From assembly GCA_028534125.1 (NCBI GenBank), contig CM052818.1, forward strand, positions 40,550,001-40,614,000: DNA of 64,000 bases. Direction: 5' to 3'. The notes below the pieces were generated by a model. That model searched no databases, had not been told where the DNA came from, and saw only the letters and a list, made by a program, of their open reading frames with translations. The translations under genes were made by a program, and so were the position numbers. How positions within the stretch are numbered: position 1 is the stretch's first letter; each line of letters starts with the position of its first letter. Source of the stretch: Lama glama. Its lineage: Eukaryota. Shown piece after piece: positions 12,377-26,215 of this stretch.

Positions 12377-13587
12377 TATGACCAAAGTCCCTTGATAGCA
12401 GAAGAAAGAGTGGGTAAAAGAAGGAAAAGTGATACCACCATCTGTGTTACCCATTATATTTCTGGGTATATCAGCCTCCCCTCAATTTCTTCCTCCATCC
12501 TCAGAACGCTTCATTTCCACTGCTGTGCCTAAAAGAAAGCTCTGAGCTTGTCACGTGCATGTAATTAGAATAACAACAGGATAAATATGCCAAGGAAACA
12601 CTTGACCTACCTGTAAGGTCCAACTATGATCCAAACTGCAGGTATCTTTTTCTGCATGACCCAGCTGCGAAGTGAGTGAGGCAGGCAGTTCTCTTGCTTC
12701 AGATCACATACAGTGGAGGAAACCACAAAGTGAAGTGACTGCAAAATCCAACAAACGGCAGAATCAGAAAGGAAAGCATACCCAGTCTGCTACATTTCGG
12801 TTCTTTCATACTCCATCCAAATCACCCACAACTTGGAAACAGAACTTAACAGAACATTTCTGCTGCTTCAATCCACGGTAGATTGCATTTTTCCTTTAGT
12901 GTGGGAAAGAAGCCTTTTTTTTTTTTTTTGAAATGATTTATTTGAATTGATCTCTAGACAATTTGAGAATTTAGTACACCTATCATACAGCAAATCTACA
13001 GAACCCATGCTCTAACTGAAATGTCTGAATTACTTTTATCCTCGGCACTTCTGGGAGTTGGAGATGGAATAGAGATCACTAGCTTTATATCGAAGAAACT
13101 TGTGTCTGAGATGGAGAAACAGGGCAGACAGAACCAGTGGACTTAGAGTCCAAGATGGACCCCACTCACAGGAGGGCAACCACTGCCTCTGCGTTGATGC
13201 CAGCTTCTTGCAGAAAGCTGGACCAGCAGCAAGGATTCTGTCACGTTAATAAGACACAGTTTATCACATTCTTCACTGTGAATGCAGGTCATCCCCTGGT
13301 TCCCACAGTCTCACACAAAGCTAACTTTATCGCTGAGAAGATATACTTGTACTCTGTGGATAGTTCAGATTCTACAGGCTGTGTTTTTAATCTTCTGATA
13401 GAACACATTTGAGAGCTGCTTTGGAAGAGGCAAGTAGGTTCCCTTGAAAAAACTGTAACAACTCATTGAAAATATTTTTTAAAATAAGGAAAAAAGAAAG
13501 AGGCTTTTGGGTTCAATGTATTGAGATAATCTAGTTCTGACCTAGTGAGAAATTGAAATGTGCATAAAATATTCCTTGAAACTTACA

Positions 13588-13612
13588 TGTTTGTTTGTTT
13601 GTTTGTTTGTTT
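13588..13612. repeat. (TGTT)6 microsatellite
   Basis: seen directly. Confidence 0.9.
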
Positions 13613-14882
13613 CAAAATAAAATTGGGCTATTTTTGGCTTCCCCAGAGCCAGCCAGCTCCATTTTCTTAGCTCTTTTCTTATCTGAAAAGATCACGTACT
13701 ATTTTTTTATTGTGTACAGTACAGTGAGCACATGAATGTATGAATGTATATAAATACCTCACATACACAAATGACAGACTTAATCATGCCTTTTTGCTTT
13801 TGTGGTTCTTAAAAACAAACATAAGCCCAGCTAATGCTTAGAGACCTCCCTGCTAGTTACAAGTTGCCCACAGGGTAAACAACGTGCTGCCTCCAGACCA
13901 CTCCACTCACACACACTTCATGTCCTTCTCATGGCCCGAATGGTTTTACGAACTTTTGTCACCCTGTCCTACTTCATCAAAAATAAAAAGATGATGATAA
14001 GTCTTCTAAGAATGAAAAGTCTTCCAAAAGAGTTGAATTTGGTTTGAATGCATGAAAGTAAAAGAGTTCAGTCGTATTACTTACCCTGCAGGAGTCGGCC
14101 ACATGGACGAGACGAGCATATAATCTGGGAATGTAAGAAGTGAGGGATTTGGACGCATGAAGTGATTGGAGGTAAAGATTGGAGCCAGGACTTGAGATAG
14201 TATGATGTAGAATACTAGCACTTTGTGAGCCCCAGGAGACAGGTGACAATTTAAATACTGGCTGTGAAAAGAAGATTAAAAAAATAAATATTTCCTATTG
14301 AAGTAGGCTGTTGCAAAGCTTCCTCCTCTACACTTGCGCCTTCCCCTGACCTGTAAGCCTTCACAACGTGACTTCAGTCTCCGGGACCCAGGTCCTAGGG
14401 TGCCCCTTTGATGAGACAAGTTCAATTACATGGTGGGCTACAGAAATTTGTATCAGTTACCCTGGAAACCATAACCTACACCATTTCTATGGGGATATAC
14501 TTAAAAAATTACAAGTGATTCAAGGAAAAAATAAAACAGATTTAAAATGATTCCATTTTAAAACTATGTACACATTTCCCATATTCAACCCTCAAAAGTT
14601 ACTAAGCCAAAGGCAAAGGCACAAAACATAACCGCAGAAATCCACATATGATATGAAATACACATGTGACACCATTCTTACTTCAATATGTCATCCAGCT
14701 CACAAGAGCAAGAGAAGAGGAGATATTTTATGTCCTCAGCCCACCTAGTTTTAATCAGGAATTCTACGTATCAAATTTTTACTTAAATTTAGAAGGTAAG
14801 AAAACTTCTATTAAAAAGTTTATTTCCTAAGGGACAACTGAAGCGAAAAACGAGGTTGGACAAAGACCAAACAAGCAATAAC

Positions 14883-15852
14883 TTTATTTACTTATTTTTA
14901 TTGAAATATAGTTGGCTTACAATGTTATGTTAATTTCTGATGTACAGCATAGTGGCTCAGTTGTGCATATATCTGTGTATATATTTTTTTCATTATAAGC
15001 TATTACGAAGTATTGAGTAAGTTTCATGTGCTATACAGGAGGACTTTGTTGCTTGTCTATTTTATATATAGTAATTAGTATCTACAAATCCTAAATACCC
15101 AACTTATCACTTCACTCCCCCATCTCCCCAGGATCCATAAGCTTATTCTCTATGTCTGTGAGTCTGTTTCTGTTCTGTAAATAAGTTCATTTGTGTTTTT
15201 TGTTTTTTGTATTTTATGTAGATTCCACATAGAAGTGATATCATGTGATGTTTTGCTTTCCCTTTCTGTCTTACTTCCCTTAGTATGACGATCTCCGGTC
15301 CATCTATGTTGCTGCAAATGGCATTATTTTACTCTTTTTTTGGCTGAGTAGTATCCCACTGTATATATATACTACACCTTCTTTATCTAGTCATCTGTCA
15401 AAGGACATTTAGGTTGTTCCATGTTTTGGCTACTGTAAATAGTGCTGCTATGAACACTGGGGGTGCATGTATCTTTTTGAATTAGAGTCTTCTCCAGTTA
15501 TGCCCAGGAGTGGGATTGCTGTATAATATGGTAAGTCTATTTTTAGTTTTTTAAGGAATCTCCATACTGTCTTCCATAATGGTTGCACCAAACTACATTC
15601 CCACCAGCAGTGTGGGAAGGTTCTCTTCGCCACACCATCTCCAGCATTTAACATTTATGAACTTTTTAATGATGGCTATTCTGACTGATGTGAGGTGATA
15701 CTTCGTTGTAGTTTCGATTTGCATTTCTCTGATATTGAACATTTTTTCATGTGCCTATTGGCCATTTGTATGTCTTCAGTGGAGAAATGTTTGTTTAGGT
15801 CTTCTACCCATTTTTTGATTAAGTTGTTTTTTTTTCTTGTTATTAAGTTGTA
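14883..15852 (-). mobile_element. 5'-truncated lineage-specific LINE-1 (3' UTR plus ORF2 C-terminus)
   Basis: T-rich tail, then ttgaaatatagttggcttacaatg; minus ORF 15448-15654 contains [29 protein letters not shown] (L1 ORF2 C-terminal region). Confidence 0.95.
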
Positions 15853-16499
15853 TAAGCAAAAAACAGTAACTTTAAATTCAAGTCAGCGATCTTCATTCTT
15901 TAAAAAATTCCAAAAGGATGGCATATATGTTAGCAGAACAGCTTTGAGGAACTCAATTGCCAGCATAAGGAAAGCACAATGTTTGTTCTTTATTCTTTAA
16001 TTTTATTACTAAAACTAATATCCTGTCTGAGCCTAAAGAAGAAAGAAATCTCTCTCCATGGTATTAATCTAAATTTAAGTTTCCATAAAATAGTATGTTG
16101 GAGGTTAGAACCTATTCAGTGTTATGTTTTTGTATCTTTACAACATGGCATAAAATGTGAAACTTATAAGACCACGTTTATTAACAACAAAAAAAAATTA
16201 CACTGTTAGTGCTTGAAACTCAATGCGTCATTAAATCGAGATCATTTCAATCTCTATGACACATAAAAGGTGTAGTTTTATGGGCTTTTCCCCCTCCCTC
16301 TGCTCCAACTAAAGTACGTACTCCACATTGGTTTTCCTATTTTTTGCAGAGATAATTAAATACAGGACTTCTGGGTTGAAATGACATCACCTTACAGACC
16401 CTGATAACATATAGTACCTCTTTCAATTTCCCATTAAAATAACCCTTGTAGACAAAGTTACAACTTTAAATATTGAGGATAGTAGCCAACCAATTATCA

Positions 16500-16632
16500 A
16501 ATCCATTTATTCAGGTACTAACACATATTCGTGAATATCTGCTATGTGCCAGGCAGTATGATCGTGATATAGGATCAGAATACAGGGTCAGAGAGAAGCA
16601 GTTACTGCCCTCAGGAGGTTCACATGTAGGGA
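16500..16632 (-). mobile_element. L2 LINE 3' end
   Basis: catttattca...gaatatctgctatgtgccaggca...ctgccctcaggaggttcaca. Confidence 0.75.
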
Positions 16633-17047
16633 AAAGAGACAGAGCCTAGCCTATTTTGGGAGATCTATTAACAAGATTCAAAAGATAACTGATTGCGAAA
16701 AATCCATTTTCTGAAACAGCCCACTTTGGCCAGCTGGGGAATGGACATGATCGTAATTCAAACCTCTCTTATTGGCTTAACTTATATAAAACTGAAAGTT
16801 GGGTAACATAGACCCTTTTTTTAAAACCTTTTTTTAAAACCTGTCTCCCTCCAATCTACTAACACCTGCATTCACTTGCAGATTCCAACTCTACTGTGCA
16901 ACAAATTTTGTAGCAGAGGAAAAAGTGTCTGATGTGGTTGTGGACAGTAGAGTGCTGTAGGTAAACTCTTGATGTAAGACTAAGAGTTACAGGTTAAAGC
17001 AGAACTACACATCATCACAGATACATTGAGCTATTTTTAAGTAGGGG

Positions 17048-17220
17048 GCTGTCCACCAGCTGCATTACAATGACCTGGGAAGCCTTTAAGAAATATGAGT
17101 TCAAGTCCTATCTCTAGAGGTTAAATTCCAGTAAAGATGACATGGTATCTGAGAAGCTACATATTTTTAAAATTTTTCAAGGGATTTTGATGAACAGTCA
17201 GTTTTGGAAAGTACTGCCCT
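17048..17220. mobile_element. MER5-type hAT-Charlie MITE
   Basis: gctgcattacaatgacctgggaagc...catatttttaaaatttttcaagggattttgatgaacagtcagttttggaaagtactgc. Confidence 0.7.
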
Positions 17221-17749
17221 AGAGATAAACATTATTTTCCAGAGTAAGAAAATTAAGCCATGTAGGCAGTCTATCAGAGCTACACAAGATGAGCAATGGT
17301 CAGAAACTAAAATTTAGCTAGGGGCTTTGCACCTTTATTAAAGAACAGGACTTAGAGCTGTTCTGTTAGCTATAAGCATCCAAGTGCACAGAGAAGGCCA
17401 GCGGAAATCTGTGCCTCTTTCAAATTTTTTTAACATTGGGTCTTGGGAGATATCCCCTCACTGGCAGACGAGAAAACAAAGAAATATTGCCAGTCTTGAA
17501 GATTTAAAAAAAAAAATCTGTTACTTAAGAAAAGGAGAGAAATACTGTACAAGTTGAGAGGAAAAGTTAACCTCAAAAGAAAAGTTTTCTATAGTAAACA
17601 AAACATCATAAATTATATTCTTCATCTCAATAAAATAAAAAGAAACATGGCTTCTATGAAGCATGGTTAATAAATCATAAGGTGCTGAACTGGCTGAAAA
17701 TTGAGAGTGAAAAAGAAGCTAAAAATTTAGGTTAAAAATACAAATACAG

Positions 17750-18110
17750 AATTGAAATTTGAATTGAAAATTGTGTAACGCAAAATCCATATTGCCTAAA
17801 ATTGAAATTTTTATAAAAGGAAAAGTTTAAATGGCCTCTGAGGATGCAGGTCAAAAAGTAAAGATGACCATGATGGGAGAAGGAATGGTAACCAGCAAGC
17901 ACAGTATGCTGAGGTCAATATTATGCATAACAGGTATACTGGAAATTGAAAAGACATAGAAGAAAAATAATAATATAATAGAAGAAAATGTTCCTTAATC
18001 TTAAGAAAGGCTACATGCTCTTGAAAAGGGTCTTCTATTTAGACAGAAAAATAAGATAAAAGACCCTTACCCTTAGACTTTTTATGATAATACTCTAAAT
18101 AGAGATAATA
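17750..18110 (+). mobile_element. Very old L1/HAL1 ORF1-like fragment
   Basis: A-rich; gaggtcaatattatgcataacagg...aatagaagaaaatgttcct...ttgaaaaggg pattern resembles L1 ORF1; heavily decayed. Confidence 0.45.
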
Positions 18111-19589
18111 GGGTCAAATACATATTTTTAAAAAGTTAAAAACATGATTTTCATAAAATTATAGAACAAATACATATTAGCTAATTAAGAGGTGCAGCAA
18201 AATAATAAAATTGGTTCATAGGAGAATTCAAGACACTGAAATATGTATATATATATAGTATCTGAAAAAAATGTTGAACAATGATTGATGTCTTAAGTGT
18301 AACTTCTTAAAATTGTGGCCCTAATTACGCACATATAGGAAGTCAAACAAGAATTTTACCCTCAGTGTGCTAAACAATCCTTGAATGGGCCTCTTAAACA
18401 ACGCCCAGCACTTTAAAAGGATATACAATCATCCTTTTGATTTATTTCCAAGTCCTGAATAATTTCTCTTAACCTTAGGGGTAGTAAATAATCTCTAAAG
18501 GTCATTCGTGATTACAAAAGGCTGGCCACAGGTTCCTGGAAGGATCTCATGGGCATTGGGTTTAAACATGAAGTTTAACCTTATTCCCAATGGTGGGTTT
18601 TCCATATCTGATTGGATTAACTTTATGCTCTGAAAGAACTCTCCAGGTTAGCCGTGACTGCAAAATAAGATTCTCATTGAAGATTCAGACATGATTATTT
18701 TGTCAGTGAAAGTAAAGAAACTCCGTGAAAGTATTTGCTGATAAAATTCTTTCTGGTCAGGAAGAATACAACATCATTTAAAGAGTGTTTTTATTTCTGT
18801 TATAAAAGCTTAACCTACTAATTTGAGGGTTAGAGATACATCAAAAAGAAATATAAAGGACTTCCGCAGATTCTCATTAAAAAATGCAGAACATTAAAAA
18901 TAATGCCTACCAACAGTGTTTCAGGACAAGCAACCACAATTTGCCTTCCTCAGTTCACTTGGTTCTCTGTGATTAATTCTTGTTTTGCTGGAACTTTAGT
19001 TACCAGTCTGGCTTTTCATAAAGTCATTTACTTCTAGACTATAAATAGGCTTGAAAATATGATTTGTCCCCTCGTGCTTTATGACAATTGTCTAAGCAAT
19101 GTTGGTTTACAACCCCTTACCCAAGACTATTCTTTGAAGTACAAATGGTTAAGAGTACCTAGCATAGTTCTTTCCACAAGATTCTAAAAAGGACCATCTT
19201 CCTTGAAGATTCAATTCCTTTTCCTGTAGCTTATTAAATAGACTGCCGGCAAGCATGAGAGGAAGGTAGACTACTTATTGATGGCAATAACGCATGTCAC
19301 AGTAACCCACAATATCAGAATAAAGAAAAGGAACATATGCTATCAGAGTACACCATACATAGCTATTTCATAAGGGTTTGACCAATGTTTATCCCATGTT
19401 ATAGTCATTGTATGCACTGACAAGTCTCCAGATCCTTTCAATCCATCTTGAAAAGAAAACAATCTAAACTATATTTCTATTAGTAATCTTCCATCTGAAC
19501 AAATTATCCTAGAGAAATGAGCTTTACTTTCTGGGAAATGTTGAATAGTTTGAATTGTGTTGAGCTATTTTAAAAGCATGATGCAGACT

Positions 19590-20330
19590 TTCAAAAGCTT
19601 GGAAGTTTCCACTCCATCCTAACAACAAGTAAAAAAAGCTTAACAAATAAAAATCAACAACTCTCCTAGTTCTCTAAGAGAAGTGAGGTCATAGGGCAAA
19701 ATGCTACTCCCCAAATTACAGAGACAGACAAATACAGAGAATCACAACCTACTGGTTCAGAAACCCATGAGAAGGAAACTCCATGAAGCCATTAACAGGA
19801 TGGGGAAACCAGAACTATAACTATAACTGATGAATTGCTGGATGCTCAGTGTGGGCAAGTCTGAGAGATAAAAACTCCAGAGGGCCCCATAGTGGGGAGC
19901 CCCAACACTTCTAGATCTTCTAGAGCTCCATCAGATTCTCAAAGTGATTGTTGGAGAAAAATCTCTTCGTGCATCCTGTAGGGGGAGGGGAAAAAGAAAC
20001 ATTTTGAAATACACCTGAGCATTCTGTTCATCCTAATAAGGTCTACTCTCAGGGGAAATGAGTGAACCATCTCCAGATCTGCTGGAATTTTGAGTTTAAC
20101 TGCCATAAGGGAAGGGAAATAGTTAACTCTAGCCAGCTCTGGTCTTCTTGTGGAGAAGGTAAATATCCCACTCCAGCCCACTCTAACCATACTGCCCCAT
20201 CCAAGGAGGGGTGAGGGGGAAGAACCAAGAGGCACATGTAAAGTCCACAGTCCAGAGGCATGGCCGCACTAAAAACTGGAGCCTAACCGTAGGAATGTAG
20301 ACTTCTGCTACTCCAACACCTTACCGGCAT
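19590..20330 (+). mobile_element. LINE-1 5' region (L1MC/L1M4-type 5' end)
   Basis: agcttggaagtttccactccatcctaacaacaagtaaaaaaagc...aaaatcaacaactctc...agagaagtgaggtcatagggcaaa matches the recalled L1MCa-type 5' end. Confidence 0.75.
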
Positions 20331-20339
20331 GCCTACTTT

Positions 20340-20412
20340 CACTGGAGACTTCAACATCCCTGCAAGAAGAAAACGCAGATCCAGAGGGCAGAAAATCAGT
20401 AAGGATATAATT
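20340..20412 (+). mobile_element. LINE-1 ORF2 endonuclease fragment
   Basis: ggagacttcaacatccct encodes GDFNIP; cagaaaatcagtaaggatata encodes QKISKDI. Confidence 0.75.
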
Positions 20413-20420
20413 GCTGTCCT

Positions 20421-21109
20421 CAATAACAAGTGTTGGTGAGGATATGGAGAAATAGGGACCCTCATATATTACTGGCAGATTGTACAACAGTGCAGGTAGT
20501 TTGGAAGGGAATTCGTCAAAATGTTCAACATGGAGTTATCATGTGATCCAGCAATTTCAATCCTATATCCAAGAGAACTGAAAAGATATGTCCACAAAAA
20601 AAAACCAAAACGTGTACTATAATGTCCATTACTGCAGCATTACTCATCATAACCAAAAAGTAGAACTAACCCAAACGACCATCAACTGATAAATGGATAA
20701 ACAGAATGTAGTGTAGCTATATGATTTAATGTTATATGGCAATAAAAAGAAATTAAGTGGTGATGCAGGCTGAAACGTGGCTGACCCTTGAAAACATTAT
20801 GCTATGTGAAAGAAGCCAGACACAAAAGACCCCATACTGTATGATTCCATTTATAATAAAAGGCCAGAGTAGGCAAATCTATACAGACAGAAAGTAGATT
20901 AGTGCGGCCAGATGTTGAAAGGAAGGAGGAGGAGTAACCGCTAGTGGCTGCGGGGTCTCTTTATGCAGTGATGAAATATTCTGCAATTAAATACTGCTGA
21001 TGATTGCACAGCTCTCCAAATAGACTAAAAACTGCTGAATTGTACATTTCAGAAGAATGAATTCTATAGTATGTGAATTATAGCTTAATAAGACTGTTAT
21101 TTTTAAAAA
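20421..21109 (+). mobile_element. L1MB-type LINE-1 3' end
   Basis: aataacaagtgttggtgaggatatggagaaa...ccttgaaaacattatgcta...atactgtatgattccatttata...gtatgtgaattatagcttaataa. Confidence 0.9.
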
Positions 21110-21689
21110 TCACCAGATAATAAATATTAATCTTGCCTTTTTCATTCCCCTATACATTTATAACCAACTGTAAGGGGGTTATTTACATTACGTCAAAAAT
21201 TTTAAAGGTCATGGAAGAATTACAATTTTTCTCATGGATTATTAACATCATTTTGCAGAGTTTCAGCTTATATAGACATTTTTTACAGTCCCACACTACC
21301 ATGCAAAGAGAGGACTGCTTGCATGTGTATGTTCATTATGTATTTGTATATTTATTTCATGAACAATAATCTGGGACTAACATTACAAAATCCTAGAATC
21401 AAAGAAAAGGGAATTAGAATGAAAAATAAAAGCAGCATTCATTTTCCTAGTTACAAACTTACTTATTTTCTAGATTTATTTATATCCTTCTTGTAACAAA
21501 GTATCTTTTGACAAAAGGAGGTTTACTCAGTTATCTTGTAGAAAATTAAACATCACAATTTTTTGAGTATGAAATATTATTCTACCATTCAAAATATTGA
21601 AATAACCAAAAACAAGCAAAATGATCAAATGATCAAAAAAAAAAAAAGAACTAGAAAGAAAATTGAACATCAGAAAGCACAGGCAAAAA

Positions 21690-22870
21690 TGATTGGAACT
21701 AGACCAAACATGTCAGTAATTACACTAATTTAAGTAGTTTAAATTCTATTTAAAAATCAAATATGTCACGTTTAGTTAAAAATCACATTAGTTATAAGAA
21801 ACACTTTAAATTCATGAGAGGAAGCTAAAATATAAGTATAGATATGCAGAAGCAAATATAAGAAAAACAGAAAGGGTAAACAAGTTTCAGTAGAATTTAC
21901 AATACAAAGCAGTAGAGCAGAGAGAGCAAATTAGCACTAATTACTGGCTCCATTTACAACAAAGCTATGAATCATAAACCTGTATGTGAGAAATAGTATA
22001 GTTTTGAAACACATTAAGTAGCTTTCTAGAAATTTTAATTTGTAAGAAAAAAATTACCTAAACCATACATATTGAGAAAGAATTCTCCATACAACTCAGA
22101 GTGTGACATGGTCATCAATAATTTGAAGTACGTGATAAGATTTAATCAATAGGTACCTATTGAATGCTGTCCTTTACAAAAATATACAACCTTTTCAAGT
22201 GACCATGGAATATTTATAAAAATTGATTGAATACTAACTAGAAGGAGATCTCAGCTGACTCCTAAAGACAGGCATTGTGGAAACCACATTCTAACAATGC
22301 CATCAAACAGATTTTTAAATTAAAAATTCAAGTGCTGAGAAATATTTAAATATCCTTAAACATTATTATTAGGTCAAAGGGGAAATTCAATATACAATAA
22401 TAAATAATTAGAAGAAATAAAGAGAAGACTATTATTCTTCTAAATTTGTAGGCTAGAAGTAGACAAACATTAGAAAGAGTGAAAGAGAGAAAAAGGAGGG
22501 CGGGAAGGAGGAAGAGGAGGGGGAAAAAAAAGAAAGTAGAAAGAAAGAAGCTACATGTTAAATTTAAGAAGTTATAATTTCTACTACCACCATCAACATG
22601 TTAAATAAATAAGGGAAGTCCTAAGGGGAAACAGAAATTTAAAAATTAAATTAAGGTAAAATTAGTCAACTTTAAAAATAAAGTTTATTTTTAAAAAAAC
22701 AGAACTTGCTCTTTGAAAAATAACAAAAAACAGATACACAGCTCTGGAAAATCTAATTTAAGGGAAAAAAAACACTCATTAAAATAAAATTTGATGAAAA
22801 GTCGCAGAACAAAATGCAAAAGCAAAACTAGCAGCTATTATAGAAACTGTCATGACCAAATAGATTATAG
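21690..22870 (+). mobile_element. Ancient LINE-1 ORF2 5' region (L1ME-like), degenerate
   Basis: ccaaacatgtcagtaattacactaat (start of ORF2), aatatacaaccttttcaagtgaccatggaatatttataaaaattga, gctctttgaaaaa...aaaatctaat. Confidence 0.7.
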
Positions 22871-24229
22871 ATTTCTTAAGGGGGAGTCATTTCTAATATG
22901 TAGCTCTTTACTTTCCATATAAGATTGAACAGTTTTAAAAATAAACAAGAAATACCGGTGTTGTAGAAGATCTCCTTTTTTAAGAACACAAAACAGGTAT
23001 TTTTATAAAAATCTGTTTTTGCTAACAGCAAAGATAATTCCTGGCTTTTTATTAATATACTTAGCAATTGAAAAATCTTCTGGTTTTCTGTAGTTATCAA
23101 TATTGTAGAGTCTTTCAAAGTATCTTTGGCTAAGTGTGTTATTTGGTGAGCCAAGACTCTGCTTTATTTTATTCCCAGGGAAGACAGGTCATAATCATAT
23201 TAACATCATCATATTGACATAATAGCTCATTTTAGCATAACAAACCTTTCACAGCTACTCAATAAGAGTTTTTATCAGAAAAAAAACAATCAGAAGCAAT
23301 TTATTCCCCAAGTATGGAAAAGAATTCTTTTTAGTCCCAGTATATATATATATTGCAAACTAGCTTGAAGCACTAGGCCTGGTGGAAAGCTAAAAGGTGG
23401 CTCCTTCTGCTCCTACTTCTATCTTGGTGTTTTGGGGTGAAATTAAAATTCAATCTAACATTTACAGAGAAGGGAACAAGATCGCGTAATGGCAGCCTGC
23501 AGCTTAGAGAAGAGCGGGGAGAGAACGATGGGTTTCCAGACCAAGTCAGTCTTGATTGTTTGCAATATCAAGTCATAAGAACTCTTGTTAACAACCATGC
23601 CAGGCTGGCCCTTCACATGGCCCCCCAGTCACAAGACCTGATTCAATTTATACCCCCCAATTTAGACAACTTACTGAATGTGGAAAAATCAAGTGTGTTC
23701 CAGTTTAATGCAAAACAGGACATTAGAACTTGGTCAAGCTTATGAGAGGATTGGGTCTTCAAAAACATATCTTAAATTTTACTATTAGTAAATAAACATT
23801 TCAATTACTAAACTATTGAATAGTCTGAAAACCTAACAAGTAATAAATCATGCAGTTGTTAAAATGGATTTAGATCATGAAACTCGAAACCAGAAATAAG
23901 GGCCCAAAGGATTACCAGTATCAACCAATCCCACCTGAACAACTCAATCACTGTCCCTAAAGTGTGTTTTGTTTGGTTGGTTGATTTGGGGTTTTCGCTT
24001 GCTTATTTGTTTTATCCAAGAATTACCTTCAGGTATAGCAGAGGCTAGAGATTAGAAACATTCAGCCCAGATCTGAACGTGGCACCTTGTGTTGTCTTTA
24101 ATTCCTAGTAAAAAGAGGTAAGCAGGATTTATAATGACCTACGCCTGGACTCTGCTTTCTGTGAGAGGAACACCATGAAAGTGCAAGAGCAGAATTCTGC
24201 CAAATAACTCACAAGTTGGCCAGTCTTTT

Positions 24230-24421
24230 CTGTGTTGTCCCATATGGTGACCACTATCCATACGTACCTGTATAAACTTAAATTTGAATCAATCAAAATT
24301 AAAGTCAAAATTCAGCTCCTTAGCATACCAGCCATATTTCAAGGGCTCAGTAGCCCTGTGGTTACCATATTGAACAGCACAGATATGAAATATTTTCATC
24401 ATTCGAAATCTGCTTTAGATT
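24230..24421. mobile_element. MER3-type hAT-Charlie MITE
   Basis: ctgtgttgtcccatatggtgaccacta...aaaattcagctccttag...ccatatttcaagggctcagtagcc...ccatattgaacagcacag. Confidence 0.85.
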
Positions 24422-25454
24422 AGTAAATGAAGGTAAATCTGGATTGTTGGTTTTTTTTTTAAATTGGCCAAAACTTCACTGAAGATGTTTCCACACCTTT
24501 TCAACGAGTTAATCACTGATTAGAGAAACAGCACTGTTATATGCCAGTCTCATACCATTCTACTGTGTACTCTCCCCCAGTTTAGGACGCCCTCCCCGGT
24601 CTACCCAACTTTCAAGGATCATTTAAGGGTCTGTCTCTTTCTTGACCCCTCACCTGATTGCTTTCTTCCTTCCAAAATGCTATGACATTAATATTTATAG
24701 AATGTAATGTAGTGTGTGTCTTCCAAAAGAGGTAGGACTCAAAAATAAGGAATTGCATACCACTTCTGTTTTCCCACTCTTCTTTTTTTTCCTCTCTCTC
24801 TATTGACACTTGAATGTGATGTTCCACATCAAGATGGGAATATTGACTTTTCTGGGCAGACTGTCAATACTGCTTTTGGGGAAAGGCTGCCAATATCCCC
24901 ATTCAAAGGACACATTGACCTACGTCTTGGTGGTTGAGATTTTCTCGCAGTCATGGAGGCTTTCTGCAGTGTGGGCCCCCCTCCCCTGTCATGCCATGAG
25001 CTACCCATGGCAGAGATCATGGCTCTGACTGCATCTCTGATCCCCAACACTGAGCTCAGTGCAGAAACTCTTCCTTTTGCATGATACGAAGCCGTTTTTT
25101 CACCCCTACTCTCCTTCTCTTAAAAAAAAAAAAAAAAGTCCACCTTTTCAGTGATTCTCATTTTCCCTTCAGTGGGTTTGTTCTTTCAATAAACTTCCTC
25201 ACCTGTTAGCAAACCACAAATGGCTGATTTCTTATTGCCAATGCACAAATTGTGCAAAGTAACAAGAAAGCCATGTCCATTGGTAAAACTTTGTGATTCT
25301 CCATCCCAGCTCCTCCCCACCCCCACCCCCCAAAATCTGTCTTAGACTTAAGTAAGCAATAAATGAATAAAATGTCTCTGGAATACATGCAAAGGCATCT
25401 CTGGGTCCCAGACCACCTTACACCTTCTATTGCCATTTCCCCTACAATAGCAAC

Positions 25455-25900
25455 AGTGCCGAAGTCTTATCAAGTGAAGACCACCAGAAACAAATCTGCC
25501 TCTGCTGGATCAGATTTATTGATTCAGTGCAGTGAGGGAGGCACCCCGGAGAAACCATGCAACGCTACTTGAAAAGGGGAAGGAAGGAAGCATCCTTTGT
25601 AATGTTTGGGATCCTGATGAAGGACTTGGAGGAAAATTCAAAGTTAACAGGGATCATTTCTGGCTTTCTCGCATTTTCTGAGGCTATATTAGGAAAAGTA
25701 GAGATTAATTAGGAATTAGGTCATGAGGCAAAGGTGATTTTACAATTGAAGATCCCCAGTAACATACGGGAGTAGCAGGGTGGGTCTGGAGGAATCGTAG
25801 ATAAGAAAGCCGTAACCACTCAGAGGGGGAGTCATATGGGATTTTACAGCTGCAGTAGGATCTGGGAAGAAATAGTTTCCTGTTAATTTTGGCTTTTTCT
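25455..25900 (-). mobile_element. Ancient LTR (LTR78/LTR79-like)
   Basis: gtgccgaag...gaagaccaccagaaac...gatttattg...tgcagtgagggagg resembles the reverse 3' end of LTR78/79, with AATAAA on the minus strand; right boundary uncertain. Confidence 0.5.
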
Positions 25901-25980
25901 GGGTCTGTCTTCCCAGCCCCATTAACAGCCTGAGAAAACCTTCACTCTTCATCTTAGATAGTTTTTTACTTTTTTAAGAG

Positions 25981-26215
25981 TTAACATTTACAGAGAGTTA
26001 ACTATGTGTTAGCCACTATTCGAAGGATCTTTTATTTAATCCTCAACACATTCTGTGAAATAGGTACTAATGCAGCCCGCATCGATTTAAATAAGGGAAA
26101 ACTGAGGCTCAGAGTGGTGAAGTCATTTGTCCCTGGTTACAGAGCTAAAAAGTGGCAGACCGGAATTCAAATAGGCAATCTGTTCTCAGAGTCTGCATCG
26201 TCAACCACAATGCCG
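25981..26215 (-). mobile_element. MIR SINE, near full length
   Basis: taacatttac...atttaatcctcaac...gaaaactgaggctcagagtggtgaagtcatttgtcc...agtggcagaccggaattcaaa. Confidence 0.9.

Noticed and set aside
14077..14092. Minus-strand donor-like AGG|GTAAGT
   Set aside because: No convincing upstream acceptor or coding frame; isolated donor matches are frequent.
16814..16839. 13-bp tandem duplication cctttttttaaaa x2
   Set aside because: Ordinary slippage in homopolymer-rich sequence.
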